The notes beneath the pieces were generated by a model. It did no database searches, was not told where the DNA came from, and worked only from the letters and a program-made list of their open reading frames with translations. A DNA stretch of 64,000 nt, taken from NCBI GenBank assembly GCA_963802255.1, contig CAWDHY010000001.1:427842-491841 (forward strand). The letters are read 5' to 3'. Positions 48,390 through 58,810 of the stretch are shown here, piece after piece. Positions within the stretch are counted from its first letter, which is position 1. Every line of letters begins with the position of its first letter. Source of the DNA: Candidatus Magasanikiibacteriota bacterium. GTDB lineage: Bacteria; Patescibacteriota; Patescibacteriia; Magasanikbacterales; GWA2-37-8. Made by a program: the position numbers and the translations under genes.

Positions 48390-49625
48390 ATGAAGTATAA
48401 AATCGCCGCTTTATTTATTATTATGTTCGGCTTATTTTTTATGAGTCCGAATTTTGCGTATACGGACAATACGGCGACCGGTGGAAATAAAGAAGAAATT
48501 GACGATCTCAACAAACAAATAGCTGACAGGAAAGAAAAAATTAAACAGCTGGAGGACTCAATTAATATTTATAAAAAAAATATTGAGGATAAGCGGCTGG
48601 AGGCGGTTTCATTAAAAAATCAATTGAGTATTTTAGATAATAGACGCGCTCAGACCGAAGCGGATATCAAATTAACCAACGAGAGAATATCTCAGGCCAA
48701 GCTTGAAATTGAGGCTTTACAGCTTAGTATAGAAGACAAAGAGGCTTCTATAGCCAGGCAGAAAAAAATTATTTCGAAAATTGTCCGTAATATACATGCC
48801 GAAGATCAGAAAAATTATTTGGAAATATTGTTGACGAGCGAAACATTCGCTGATTTTTATAACCAGGCGAAATATTTGGAGAGCGTATATACTGACCTGG
48901 GTCAGTCGGTAAAAAATTTACGCATAGCAAAAGAGGATTTGGACGCAAAAAAATTGCAGGTAGAGGCAAAAAAGAAAACATACGAAGATTTAAAAATTGA
49001 ACTTGAAAATAAACAGAAGGATCTGATTGATCAGTCAAATATAAAGCAAAATTTGCTTTCTGCTACGCATTCTTCGGAGCTGAAATATCGTACTTTACTC
49101 GAAAGTTTGAAGCAACAGTATCAGGCAATTGAAGGAGAGGTGCGGACCTATGAAGACCAGGTGCGAAAAAAACTGGAAGACATTGAGAGATTTCAGGATT
49201 TAGGTGAGAGCGTTGGGGTATTATTGTGGCCGGTTGCCAGCCATTATATTACTTCAGCTTTTCATGATCCGGACTATCCTTATCGGCAAGTATTTGAGCA
49301 TAGCGGTATAGATTTGCGTGCGGCTCAAGGTTCGCCAATTAAGGCCGCAGCCTCCGGTTATGTCGCGCGGGCAAAGAGATGTTCCTTGGCTAGCTGTTAT
49401 AGCTACGTTTTGCTAGTCCACACCGGCAATTTATCAACAGTATATGGTCATATGAGCTCAATTAGCGTTTCTGAAGACCAATTTGTCAGCAAGGGTGACA
49501 TTATTGGTTATTCGGGCGGTACACCAGGCACTGTTGGTGCCGGACCGTTTGTCACCGGCCCGCATCTGCATTTTGAAGTTCGCGCCAATGGGATTCCTGT
49601 AAATCCGGTGCCATACCTTCAGTAA
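48390..49625 (+). CDS. M23 family metallopeptidase with an N-terminal coiled coil (EnvC-like)
   Basis: 411 aa. Signal/TM, then about 230 aa of heptad-rich coiled coil, then the LytM domain 'HSGIDLRAAQGSPIKAAASGYV...GPHLHFEVRANG'. Confidence 0.75.
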   Translation: MKYKIAALFIIMFGLFFMSPNFAYTDNTATGGNKEEIDDLNKQIADRKEKIKQLEDSINIYKKNIEDKRLEAVSLKNQLSILDNRRAQTEADIKLTNERISQAKLEIEALQLSIEDKEASIARQKKIISKIVRNIHAEDQKNYLEILLTSETFADFYNQAKYLESVYTDLGQSVKNLRIAKEDLDAKKLQVEAKKKTYEDLKIELENKQKDLIDQSNIKQNLLSATHSSELKYRTLLESLKQQYQAIEGEVRTYEDQVRKKLEDIERFQDLGESVGVLLWPVASHYITSAFHDPDYPYRQVFEHSGIDLRAAQGSPIKAAASGYVARAKRCSLASCYSYVLLVHTGNLSTVYGHMSSISVSEDQFVSKGDIIGYSGGTPGTVGAGPFVTGPHLHFEVRANGIPVNPVPYLQ

Positions 49626-49637
49626 TGTATAATATTA

Positions 49638-49678
49638 AAAAAAATCGCCGGTTCCTGTGACCGGCGATTTTTTATTTT
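49638..49678. terminator. bidirectional rho-independent terminator
   Basis: 'aaaaaaaatcgccgg-ttcctgtga-ccggcgattttttatttt' lies between convergent M23 (+) and xer (-). Confidence 0.6.
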
Positions 49679-50634
49679 TTTCCACTGTGAAATTTTCTGT
49701 GAATTTCGCGCAAATGTGGATTGGTTACATGAGTATATATTTGTGTTGTAACAATATTTTTATGACCCAACATTTCCTGTACGGAGCGCATATCGGCGCC
49801 TTGCTCCAGCAAGTCAGTTGCAAAACTATGGCGCAATGTATGTGGTGTAGCATCTACCGGTAAACCGGCCATTGTTGTATATTTTTTTACCAATCTTTCA
49901 ATTGAACGGGTTGTTAAGCGGTGATCGGCGTCATTTTTATCCGGACGGTAATTGATAAATAGGGGAGGGCACATGTCTTTTCTGGTTTTAAAATACTTTC
50001 CGATCCATTCAAGAGCCCGCCGTGAGAAATATACAGTCCGGGTTGATCCGCCTTTTCCGGAAATAGAAATTTCTAAATCATTAATTTTATTTTCCACGAT
50101 ATTTTTAATATTGAATAGGCGTATATTAAGCGACGTTAGTTCTGAGACGCGCATGCCGGTAGAGAAGAGGACCTCCAGGATTGAACGGTCGCGCAAGCCC
50201 TCGGGTGTCGATGTATCAGGCATACTCATCAGCTTTTCAACCTGGTCAAAATTTAAAAATTTTATTTTTTTATCCTTGTCTGTTAATTTAGGTAAAGAAA
50301 TCTTGTCCGCCGGCAGTGAAATGATATCTTTTGTCGCAAAATACGTCACTAGGTTGCGTAAAGCGATCAGATAGTAGTTTTGAGTGGTCTTCTTGATATA
50401 TCTGCCTTTGGAATCGGTTTTACGGGACAAGTATAGCCTATAATTCCAAATATGGTCAGGATCAAGCTCGTGGGGCTTTAATTCAGTTAAATCCTGTTTT
50501 TCCAGCCAGGTAATAAACATTTTAAGAAAGTTATGATAATTGCGGGTTGATACCGGGCTGAGACCTTTTTCAATTTCGCAATAGTCAAGAAAGTCAGGAA
50601 TGTGCTTGATGATTGTCTTAGAAGATTTGTTCAT
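49672..50634 (-). CDS. tyrosine recombinase XerC/XerD family
   Basis: 320 aa. N-terminal SAM-like domain and a catalytic domain with 'HTLRHSFATDLLEQGADMRSVQEMLGHKNIVTTQIYTHV' (HxxR...Y). Confidence 0.8.
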   Translation of the reverse strand: MNKSSKTIIKHIPDFLDYCEIEKGLSPVSTRNYHNFLKMFITWLEKQDLTELKPHELDPDHIWNYRLYLSRKTDSKGRYIKKTTQNYYLIALRNLVTYFATKDIISLPADKISLPKLTDKDKKIKFLNFDQVEKLMSMPDTSTPEGLRDRSILEVLFSTGMRVSELTSLNIRLFNIKNIVENKINDLEISISGKGGSTRTVYFSRRALEWIGKYFKTRKDMCPPLFINYRPDKNDADHRLTTRSIERLVKKYTTMAGLPVDATPHTLRHSFATDLLEQGADMRSVQEMLGHKNIVTTQIYTHVTNPHLREIHRKFHSGKK

Positions 50635-50729
50635 ATTGTGTATTAATCCTGGTATACAACGTCTCTTAATCTATGTTATACGACGTTAGATATATCTTAA
50701 TATAACCTTTTATCTTCGTCAACACCGCC

Positions 50730-51767
50730 CTATTTCCAGAATATCCTCTCTCCGAATCGCAGATCAATATATTCAACAGGGTTTATATCCCGATTTGATA
50801 AAATTGTTTTTAGATTATTTATCTGGCCGTCAATGGAATTCTCGGGCTGAATCAGCAAAAGCCAGTTTTTATCCAGATGAACAGTCAGTCCTGCCGGCGG
50901 ATTGCCAGTTTCAAAGTAATGAATATCCCCTATCCCCTCGTCATGCAAGGTTTTTTGCCAGTCAATAATTGAACTTATTATATTTGATGTCAGTACGTTT
51001 GTTTGTTTTTCGTCAATTTGTTGTCTTCTGGTATCTAAAAGTATGGGTACATCCGCGTAATTTCTTGATAATTTGCCGTAATCAGGTTTATGATATACGA
51101 TAATTGTCGGTGCAGTAGAAGTGGTGTCATTTTGAACTATGGTCGTGGAAGCACTGCTTGTCTGCATCGTGGTGAGTGTTTCTACGGGTATTTGAGAATA
51201 TTGTTCAATAATTTTTATTACAGTCCCGTCTTTATCCAGTAAACTGTAACTCGCTTCGTTGTCATAGATTATTGTAGTTATTTTTTCTTCAATCTTAATA
51301 TAGATTAATCCGGGAAAAACTTTTTTTACGGTAACGCTGTCAATTGCGTATTTTGAATTGATATCTTCTTCAACTTTGCCTTCGCTTATAAAAAAATAAT
51401 TATTGTGCGGTATTACTCCGCCAGTTAGATATTTGTCGCTTATGTATTCGCTAATTTCCGACAATTCAATAATTTTTAGTCCTTCAAAGTTTATTTTATT
51501 AATTCGAAAATACGGTAAATATATCATCAGTATTATCCATGCAAGAATAACTCCCCCAAGGAGCGACAGTATTATTTTCCCGCGGTAATTTTTTTTCGCC
51601 GCCGGTTTCATAAAAACGGGCCTGGTCGTTGCCGAAAATGAAGGTGATGCTAATTTATTTGACAGATGAGAATATCTTTTTATTCTTTTAAAAAAATTAA
51701 AAAAACCGCCTTTCTTTTGTGGCTCATATTGTTTAAAACTTCCGTAAGATTTGATGTATTTATCCAT
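50730..51767 (-). CDS. ftsQ: FtsQ/DivIB-type cell division protein (POTRA domain)
   Basis: 345 aa. Cytoplasmic N-terminus, one TM helix ('IILSLLGGVILAWIILMIYL'), a POTRA-like 'INKINFEGLKIIELSEISEYI' and 'DSVTVKKVFPGLIYIKIEEK'. Housekeeping cell-wall context. Confidence 0.55.
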   Translation of the reverse strand: MDKYIKSYGSFKQYEPQKKGGFFNFFKRIKRYSHLSNKLASPSFSATTRPVFMKPAAKKNYRGKIILSLLGGVILAWIILMIYLPYFRINKINFEGLKIIELSEISEYISDKYLTGGVIPHNNYFFISEGKVEEDINSKYAIDSVTVKKVFPGLIYIKIEEKITTIIYDNEASYSLLDKDGTVIKIIEQYSQIPVETLTTMQTSSASTTIVQNDTTSTAPTIIVYHKPDYGKLSRNYADVPILLDTRRQQIDEKQTNVLTSNIISSIIDWQKTLHDEGIGDIHYFETGNPPAGLTVHLDKNWLLLIQPENSIDGQINNLKTILSNRDINPVEYIDLRFGERIFWK

Positions 51768-51776
51768 AATAAGGCT

Positions 51777-52892
51777 CTACCTGTACACTCTTAATATTGT
51801 GGGATTAATTCTTGTGACAATTTCGTAGTTAATTGTTTTCGCCCATTTTGCCATGTCATCCGCAGTGATTGATTTCCCTTTTTGGGTACCGATTAAGGTG
51901 GCTATATCGCCTGCCTTAACATTTTTTATAGAACTCACATCAACCATACAGATATTCATACAAATTCTGCCCCGGATATGGCAATGAACGCCTTTAATCA
52001 GTACTAATCCGTTGTTGCTAAGACTTCTATCGTAGCCGTCCCAATATCCTACCGGTAAAGTAGCTAATTTAGTAGATTTTTTTGTTGTGTAAGACCCCCC
52101 ATAGCCGATTTTCGTCCAAGCGGGAACGGTTCGTACCTGAATAATTTTTGTGTGCCATGAAAGCGCCGGTCGTAAATTTATTTTTTTCCGGCTTAATTCG
52201 TCCGGATATAATCCGTAAATGCTCAATCCCACTCGCACAGCATTCATACGGCTTTTTGAATATAAAATTCCGGCCGCTGAACATGCAAAATGCTGAATCG
52301 GTATTTTAATTCCCGCATTTTTTATTTTATCGGATAAATCGTTAAAGACCATCATCTGATGTTCGGTAAATACCCTATCTTCTTCGCTTGACGCAAAATG
52401 GCTGTACAATCCTTCGATTTCAATTCGTTGCATTTTGCGGATCTTTTTTATGAAAGGTAAAACATCTTTTGCCAAAAGTCCGACGCGAGACGCTCCAGTG
52501 TCAACCTTGATGTGAACCCTTATTTTTTTACGCGCCCTATCCCCTATTCTGTTAAGAAAATGGGCCTGTTTTAGAGAATAAAGCGGAAAAATAGTGTCTT
52601 TTTTAGCTAATATTAGCGCTTTTTCTGTATTTTTTGTATCAAAAAAAGTTAATATTACAATGGGTTTCTTAATTTTGTGAGTTATCAGTTCAAGCGCCTC
52701 ATCACAGTTTACCACGCAAATGCGGTTCGTCTCAGGTGCCTGGTCACAAATTTTTGCAACTTCCAAAAAGCCATGCCCATAGGCATTGGCTTTAATTACC
52801 GGCATAATCTGCACTTTTGGACCAACGATTTTTTTGAATTGCCGTAAATTGTACTTGATCGCGTTTGAGTTTATATCAAGCCAGGTAAACAT
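51777..52892 (-). CDS. alr: alanine racemase
   Basis: 371 aa. PLP-lysine motif 'VIKANAYGHG' and a C-terminal beta domain. Confidence 0.85.
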   Translation of the reverse strand: MFTWLDINSNAIKYNLRQFKKIVGPKVQIMPVIKANAYGHGFLEVAKICDQAPETNRICVVNCDEALELITHKIKKPIVILTFFDTKNTEKALILAKKDTIFPLYSLKQAHFLNRIGDRARKKIRVHIKVDTGASRVGLLAKDVLPFIKKIRKMQRIEIEGLYSHFASSEEDRVFTEHQMMVFNDLSDKIKNAGIKIPIQHFACSAAGILYSKSRMNAVRVGLSIYGLYPDELSRKKINLRPALSWHTKIIQVRTVPAWTKIGYGGSYTTKKSTKLATLPVGYWDGYDRSLSNNGLVLIKGVHCHIRGRICMNICMVDVSSIKNVKAGDIATLIGTQKGKSITADDMAKWAKTINYEIVTRINPTILRVYR

Positions 52893-52895
52893 AGA

Positions 52896-54149
52896 TCAGA
52901 GTTTTTTCAGTCCGCAATATTTTTTTAAAGCCTTAGGAACTAAAATTGTACCGTCCTTTTGCTGGTAGTTTTCTATTATTGCCAGTGGAAACCGGCTTAA
53001 AGGCACTCCGGTTCCATTAAGAGTATGGACGTATTCCAATGAACCGTCATTTTTGCGATATTTAATATTGAGACGGCGTGACTGATAATCGGTACAATTA
53101 CTACAGCTCGTAATTTCCCCATAACCGCCCTGATCAGTGCCCTCATTTTTCATAGTCATCCATGCCTCAAGGTCGTATTTTCGGTAAGCCGGTCCGCCAA
53201 GATCGCCCGTTGCAATATCAATTACGCGATAAGGCAATTTCAATCCATCGGCGATATCCTTTTCAATAGTTAAAATTTCTTCGTGATATTTTTCGCTATC
53301 TTCGGGTTTACAAAAAACAAACATTTCAAGTTTGGTAAATTGATGGACACGATAAAGCCCCTTGCTCGTCCTACCGTAAGCGCCCGCTTCTGTGCGGAAA
53401 CAATGTGATAAAGCAACGTATTTAATTGGTCCTTTAGACAGATCCAATATTTCATTGGCGTGATATCCCCCGACGGTAATTTCAGCTGTGCCAATCAGGC
53501 TTAAATCCGAATTTTCGATGGAATAAACTTGGGTTTCATCGCCCCTCGGATTAAAGCCGATGCCTCTTAAAATTTCATCTTTTGCCATATCCGGAGTTTC
53601 CATTAGCGAATAACCGTGTTTGGCAATAATATCAATGGCATAATTAAGCAGAGCCAGATTCAAACGCACTAAATTGTTTTTGTAAAAATAGAATTTTGAC
53701 GCCGTGACTTTTGCCGCTCTTTCAAAGTCTATCAAATCATTTGCTATCATCAGTTCCTCATGATCTTTTGGCTCAAAATTAAATTTTTTTGGCTCAAAGT
53801 TTTTTTCTATGACCTTATAATCGCCCTCTCCCCCGACTGGACTGTCGGGATGAGTTAAATTCGGAACTGCCAAAATAAGTTCAAGATAATTATCATCAAT
53901 TTTTTTTTGAATTTCTTCCAGTTGTTTGATTTCCTCTCCTACTGCCCGAAGTTTTGTTATTTCATCATCAGTCGGTTTAGCTTTCGATTTTTGGTTTCTT
54001 TTTGCCCGAAGTTCCTCAACTTGTGCTAAATTTAAACGACGGGCCTCATCCAGTTCAAGAAGCTTATCAATATCTATTTTTACTTTTCGGTTTAAGCAAT
54101 TCTTTTTTATCAGTTCGGCGTTATCACGGATGAATTTAATATCTAACAT
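52896..54149 (-). CDS. serS: serine--tRNA ligase
   Basis: 417 aa. N-terminal coiled-coil arm and class II motifs ('FRTEAGAYGRTSKGLYRVHQFTK'). Confidence 0.9.
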   Translation of the reverse strand: MLDIKFIRDNAELIKKNCLNRKVKIDIDKLLELDEARRLNLAQVEELRAKRNQKSKAKPTDDEITKLRAVGEEIKQLEEIQKKIDDNYLELILAVPNLTHPDSPVGGEGDYKVIEKNFEPKKFNFEPKDHEELMIANDLIDFERAAKVTASKFYFYKNNLVRLNLALLNYAIDIIAKHGYSLMETPDMAKDEILRGIGFNPRGDETQVYSIENSDLSLIGTAEITVGGYHANEILDLSKGPIKYVALSHCFRTEAGAYGRTSKGLYRVHQFTKLEMFVFCKPEDSEKYHEEILTIEKDIADGLKLPYRVIDIATGDLGGPAYRKYDLEAWMTMKNEGTDQGGYGEITSCSNCTDYQSRRLNIKYRKNDGSLEYVHTLNGTGVPLSRFPLAIIENYQQKDGTILVPKALKKYCGLKKL

Positions 54150-54161
54150 AAGACATAAGAA

Positions 54162-55625
54162 TTAATTATTTGGTTTAAGTGTGGGGAAAAGAATTACTTC
54201 TTTAAGATTTTCTGAATTAGTCAGCAGTTTGACAAACCTATCAATTCCCATCCCCAGACCGGCTGTCGGAGGCATTCCGTGTTTTAAAGCCGTAATAAAA
54301 TCATCATCAAATCTCATACTCTCTTCATCGCCAAGTTCACGCTCCAATTCCTGTTCTCTGAATCGCGACTCCTGATCAATTGGATCATTAAGTTCGCTAA
54401 ATGCATTACATAACTCGGTGCCACCAACACACAGTAGTTGAAAACGTTCTGTGTAGCGGGGATCATTTTCGCGGCGCTTTGCCAGCGGAGAAAGTTCTAC
54501 GGGGTGATCCGTCATAAATATCGGATTGATAATGTTTGGACGCGCATATTTTTTATAGATTTCATCAATCAGCTTGCCTCTGCCCAAATTTTTATTTATG
54601 TCTTCAATTTTTAATTCTATAGCTTTTTTATACATCGATTTTTGATCCGGGCACTCCTCAATGTCAAATTTTGCGTATTCAATAATAAGGTCACGCATCG
54701 TTTTCCGCGGATACGGTGGTGTAAAGTCGACATCTTTCCCCAGCGTTTCAAATTTTAACGGTAATCCTGCCGCCTTAATGATTTTTGGTATCATGTCTTC
54801 AAACATGGTCATCAGCATTTTATAGTCGGCATAAGCCCAGTAAGCTTCAATCTGAGTAAACTCCGGATTGTGGTTATTATCGATTCCTTCATTTCTGAAA
54901 CAGCGTCCAAGCTCATAAACTTTTTCAAAACCGCCGACAATTAGGCGTTTTAAATACAACTCCGGAGCGACCCTTAAATACAAATCAATATCAAGAGAAT
55001 TATGATGCGTGATGAAGGGTTTAGCGATTGCGCCTCCAGGCAAAGCCTGTAACATTGGCGTTTCAACTTCGTAGAATCCAAGAGAATCGAAATAGTTGCG
55101 AATTTCTCTGACAACAAAACTGCGAATTTTTGCAATTTGCATTGACTCGTCATTTGAGAGCAGATCCAGATAGCGCTGTCTGTATCTGGTTTCAATATTT
55201 GACAATCCATGAAATTTTTCCGGTAAAGGCAGTAATGTCTTTGATAATAGAGTATATTTTTTTGCTAAAACCGATATTTCCCCTTTATGTGTAATAAACA
55301 TTTCTCCCTCAATACCTACAAAATCTCCCAAATCAAAATTTTTCACGAAAAATTTAAAGGCATCTTTACCTAATTCTTTTTCTGAAATTGCAATTTGGAG
55401 CTTATTTGAAAAATCCTTGATGTTGGCAAAGCAAAGCTTGCCCATTTCTCTTTTAGAGACCAATCTTCCGGCCACATTTACAATAGTACCCTCTTTTGAG
55501 GCTCGTGCTTCAGCCAAAGTCATATCTAACGTAGCCCGGCTGGGATATGGATTTATTCCGCTCTCCTTAATAGTCTTCAGCCGTTCAATTCGTGTTTGTT
55601 CCTCGTTTAAAATATCTTGATTCAT
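54162..55625 (-). CDS. lysS: lysine--tRNA ligase (class II)
   Basis: 487 aa. OB-fold N-domain, 'ETRYRQRYLDL', class II motifs, and 'GGTELCNAFSELNDPIDQ'. Confidence 0.9.
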   Translation of the reverse strand: MNQDILNEEQTRIERLKTIKESGINPYPSRATLDMTLAEARASKEGTIVNVAGRLVSKREMGKLCFANIKDFSNKLQIAISEKELGKDAFKFFVKNFDLGDFVGIEGEMFITHKGEISVLAKKYTLLSKTLLPLPEKFHGLSNIETRYRQRYLDLLSNDESMQIAKIRSFVVREIRNYFDSLGFYEVETPMLQALPGGAIAKPFITHHNSLDIDLYLRVAPELYLKRLIVGGFEKVYELGRCFRNEGIDNNHNPEFTQIEAYWAYADYKMLMTMFEDMIPKIIKAAGLPLKFETLGKDVDFTPPYPRKTMRDLIIEYAKFDIEECPDQKSMYKKAIELKIEDINKNLGRGKLIDEIYKKYARPNIINPIFMTDHPVELSPLAKRRENDPRYTERFQLLCVGGTELCNAFSELNDPIDQESRFREQELERELGDEESMRFDDDFITALKHGMPPTAGLGMGIDRFVKLLTNSENLKEVILFPTLKPNN

Positions 55626-55717
55626 AATTTATGTAAATTATACAATATTATACCGCAAATATTAAACGGCGTCAAAAAAATCGCCTTTAATAAAACGGCG
55701 GTTTTTTCTCTAATTTC

Positions 55718-56185
55718 TTACTTAATTTTGGTAATTTTATACACTTGTTTTCCGGACGGCGCTTCCACTTCTACCGTATCCCCGACCGAACAACTGATAA
55801 AAGAACTACCCAAAGGAGATTCATTGGAAATTTTACCGCCAAACGGGTCGGCCTCTTGAGGCCCGACTATAGTGTATTCCTTTGTTTTACCGTTAAAATC
55901 CACTACCACAGTGTCGCCGACAGTCACGGAATCCTTGTTTGATTTACCTTCTTCAATAATTACCGCGTTTGAAAGTAAATTATCCAACGCCTGCAGTCTT
56001 CCTTGCGCCCAAGCCATTTCTTCTTTTGCCTGATGATATTCCGCGTTTTCTGAAAGGTCGCCTTGTTGCTTAGCCTCATCAATACGGTTGGCTATCTCCG
56101 GAATTTTCATATTTTTTAATTTATCATATTCCAGTTTCAGAGCCTCATGGCTGTTTTTTGACAGATATTGAGTATTTTCAGTCAT
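55718..56185 (-). CDS. greA: transcription elongation factor GreA
   Basis: About 155 aa from ATG 56185: 'LEYDKLKNMKIPEIANRIDEAKQQGDLSENAEYHQAKEE' plus a C-terminal FKBP-like domain. Confidence 0.85.
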   Translation of the reverse strand: MTENTQYLSKNSHEALKLEYDKLKNMKIPEIANRIDEAKQQGDLSENAEYHQAKEEMAWAQGRLQALDNLLSNAVIIEEGKSNKDSVTVGDTVVVDFNGKTKEYTIVGPQEADPFGGKISNESPLGSSFISCSVGDTVEVEAPSGKQVYKITKIK

Positions 56186-56292
56186 AAAATTAAACATTAA
56201 AAATACAGATATCATCTTCCGCTTATGCGGTTAATAGATATCCGCTTTACCGATTATATCATAAGATAAAAACGAGTCAAAAGGGTTATCCA

Positions 56293-58272
56293 CTATTTTA
56301 GATATTTCGCACCCCACCACTCCAAAAACTTCTCTGCTATTGGCTGGGCCGCTGTACTGCCCTCGACCCCCTCTTCGATCAGTATTGTTACCACAATTTG
56401 AGGCCGGTTAAAAGGGGCGAATGATGTAAACCATGCATGATCAGGGCTTGTCTTGCTCCATTGAGCCGTACCGGTTTTTCCCGCTGAAGAAAAAGGTAAG
56501 TATCTTAACATATTACAGCTTCCATAAACGACACAATCTCGCATTCCCTGTCTGACTATTTCAATATTTGAAGGTGATATGAAATTTTGATTGATATATT
56601 CCGTTTGTTTAGGATAGTTTATCTTAGATACGGGGTCGATGACAGAGTTAACTAAATGAGGCTTTATTACCTTGCCCCCGTTTGCTATCGTGGCAGTCCA
56701 GACGGCTACTTGAAGAGGTGTCACCAATAAGTCGCCTTGTCCGATTGAAAGATTGTAGGTATCTCCTATATACCACATTTCATTTTTAACGCTTTCCTTC
56801 CACTCTTTGCTTGGCAAGAAACCGGAACTTTCGCCCGGCAAATCAATCCCGGTTGTGTTTGATAAATTAAATTTTCTGAGATAAGAAACAATTTTATCCG
56901 CGCCTAATCCTACAAATTTGCTGTAACCGCCGCCGATATAATAAAAAAATGTATTTACCGACCAGGCGAGCGCTTTTTTTACATTCGTGATTCCGTGTCC
57001 GCCCGCCTTCCAGTCCTTAAAAAACCAGCGGTCAATCTGAAGCCCCCCGGTGCTTAAAAATGAAGTGTTTTGATTAATTATTCCTTCTTCTAACGCCGCC
57101 GCCGCGATCAAAGGCTTTACAGTTGAACCTGAAGGATATGTTCCCGCTATCGCCCGGTTAAATAATGGCTGATCCGGATTGGATAAATATGTGTCATATT
57201 TTTCCTGGGATATTCCTCCGGAAAAATCGTTATTATTAAATGCAGGAAGGCTGACCATTGCCAAAATTTCTCCGGTCTGCGGATTTAGCGCTACGCCGGC
57301 CGCACGCTTCCAATTATTATCAGACAATGTTTCGGTAATCAGATTTTCCATTTTCATCTGGGCCTCCATATCCAAACTTAGTACCAGATGTTTTCCGGGA
57401 ACGGGTGCTTCTTCAGCCAGTACATTTTGTTCCCTGCCCAGAGCATTAACCTCAATTTTTTTTCTTCCGTAAATACCCCGAAGAGCATCTTCGTAGAAAT
57501 TTTCCAGTCCGTCTTTACCGATATAATCGGAAGGCAAATAACCCCTTTGTCTTAATTCGCCGAGTTCGGTTTCATTAATTTTACCCATGTAGCCGATTAT
57601 GTGGGATAACGAAGAAGAGGTATTTCCATCTTCCTTTGAAGGCTGATACAAGCGTTTGGTCCCCTTTTCAATTACAATGCCGGGTAAATTTGCGTTTTTA
57701 ATATATAATTTTAAGGCGGATTCATAATCGAGATTGTCTTTTACTGTTAATGACTCAAAACTATAATTGCTGTATTTTTTAATCAGAGCATTAATTTCGC
57801 CTTCGTTCACTCCGCTAATACCGGCAATTTGAGATATTACTTCACGGCGCTCATCAATTTTTTGGGGTAAATCCTGAGGAACGATAGATAAAGAAAAACT
57901 TGGCACGTTTTCAGTTAATTGATTACCGAAACGGTCGTAAACCAGTCCTCTTTCAGCCGGGATGGGCTTTATCCGTACTCTGTTATTCTCCGCTAAATTT
58001 CTGAAATAGTCAGCATTAATAATCTGCAAAAAGAAAATTCGTCCGCCCACGATAAGCATTCCGGTAAAAAAAAGAATTAAAAGCCATATAATTTTTTTTG
58101 ATGCCAATCCGGCGCCGAGGTATCCGGAAGTTTCAGCGACCGAAATAGTTTGTCCGCCTTTTTCGTAATTAGAAAAGCTTCCCTCAACCCATTGATGCCT
58201 AAATTTACCGTTCAAATCCGAATCTGAAACGCGGTTTTTTGGCTCATAATCAAATGTTTGATCGTTTTGCAT
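56293..58272 (-). CDS. mrdA: penicillin-binding protein 2 (class B transpeptidase)
   Basis: 659 aa. TM anchor, dimerisation domain, and transpeptidase motifs 'GSTVKP' (SxxK) and 'KTGTA' (KTG). It follows mreBCD. Confidence 0.8.
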   Translation of the reverse strand: MQNDQTFDYEPKNRVSDSDLNGKFRHQWVEGSFSNYEKGGQTISVAETSGYLGAGLASKKIIWLLILFFTGMLIVGGRIFFLQIINADYFRNLAENNRVRIKPIPAERGLVYDRFGNQLTENVPSFSLSIVPQDLPQKIDERREVISQIAGISGVNEGEINALIKKYSNYSFESLTVKDNLDYESALKLYIKNANLPGIVIEKGTKRLYQPSKEDGNTSSSLSHIIGYMGKINETELGELRQRGYLPSDYIGKDGLENFYEDALRGIYGRKKIEVNALGREQNVLAEEAPVPGKHLVLSLDMEAQMKMENLITETLSDNNWKRAAGVALNPQTGEILAMVSLPAFNNNDFSGGISQEKYDTYLSNPDQPLFNRAIAGTYPSGSTVKPLIAAAALEEGIINQNTSFLSTGGLQIDRWFFKDWKAGGHGITNVKKALAWSVNTFFYYIGGGYSKFVGLGADKIVSYLRKFNLSNTTGIDLPGESSGFLPSKEWKESVKNEMWYIGDTYNLSIGQGDLLVTPLQVAVWTATIANGGKVIKPHLVNSVIDPVSKINYPKQTEYINQNFISPSNIEIVRQGMRDCVVYGSCNMLRYLPFSSAGKTGTAQWSKTSPDHAWFTSFAPFNRPQIVVTILIEEGVEGSTAAQPIAEKFLEWWGAKYLK

Positions 58273-58278
58273 AATTCA

Positions 58279-58809
58279 CTATCGGTCAGTAATAATGTAT
58301 TTATGACTGACTTTTTTTACGAAAAGAAGCGAGATGAGATATACCAGCGTCAGAGTAACGGCATTAACGGCAAGTTCAATTAAAATGCTGATTAGTGTGG
58401 ACTTGTTTACTGTTAACTCGGCTAGTCCGAAAATTTTCAATATAAAAAAGATTCCAAAAAATGCGGTTTTAAACAGAAATGTGCCGATTAAGCCGGATAA
58501 AAAAACCATAATAAAAAACCTGTTGGTCAAAATATTTAATAATACCCACTCAAGAGCGGCTGTAGAAATAAGCAACGCTGCAGTGTTAAGACCGAATGGT
58601 GTTGAGATAAATAATTCCGAAATTAGCGACAATAAAAATACATATATAATCTTGTCCTGCTTGTTAAAAATAAGCAGACACATTGCCGCAATCAGTATAA
58701 CATTTAATCTGTTTAAAGGATGCGGTAATAAATTTGCCGCCGCCACGTGTAATGTGAAGATAAACAACATCAGCAATATCTGGAATGCCGTTCGGATATA
58801 ATTTCGCAT
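58279..58809 (-). CDS. mreD: rod shape-determining protein MreD
   Basis: 176 aa, 5 TM helices, located immediately downstream of mreC. Confidence 0.55.
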   Translation of the reverse strand: MRNYIRTAFQILLMLFIFTLHVAAANLLPHPLNRLNVILIAAMCLLIFNKQDKIIYVFLLSLISELFISTPFGLNTAALLISTAALEWVLLNILTNRFFIMVFLSGLIGTFLFKTAFFGIFFILKIFGLAELTVNKSTLISILIELAVNAVTLTLVYLISLLFVKKVSHKYIITDR

Positions 58810-58810
58810 A

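Noticed and set aside
49672-50634. Tyrosine recombinase as a prophage or integrative-element integrase
   Set aside because: It is flanked by housekeeping genes (M23 peptidase, ftsQ, alr). There is no adjacent tRNA, and no phage structural, replication or excisionase genes. The XerD-like N-domain favours chromosomal dimer resolution.
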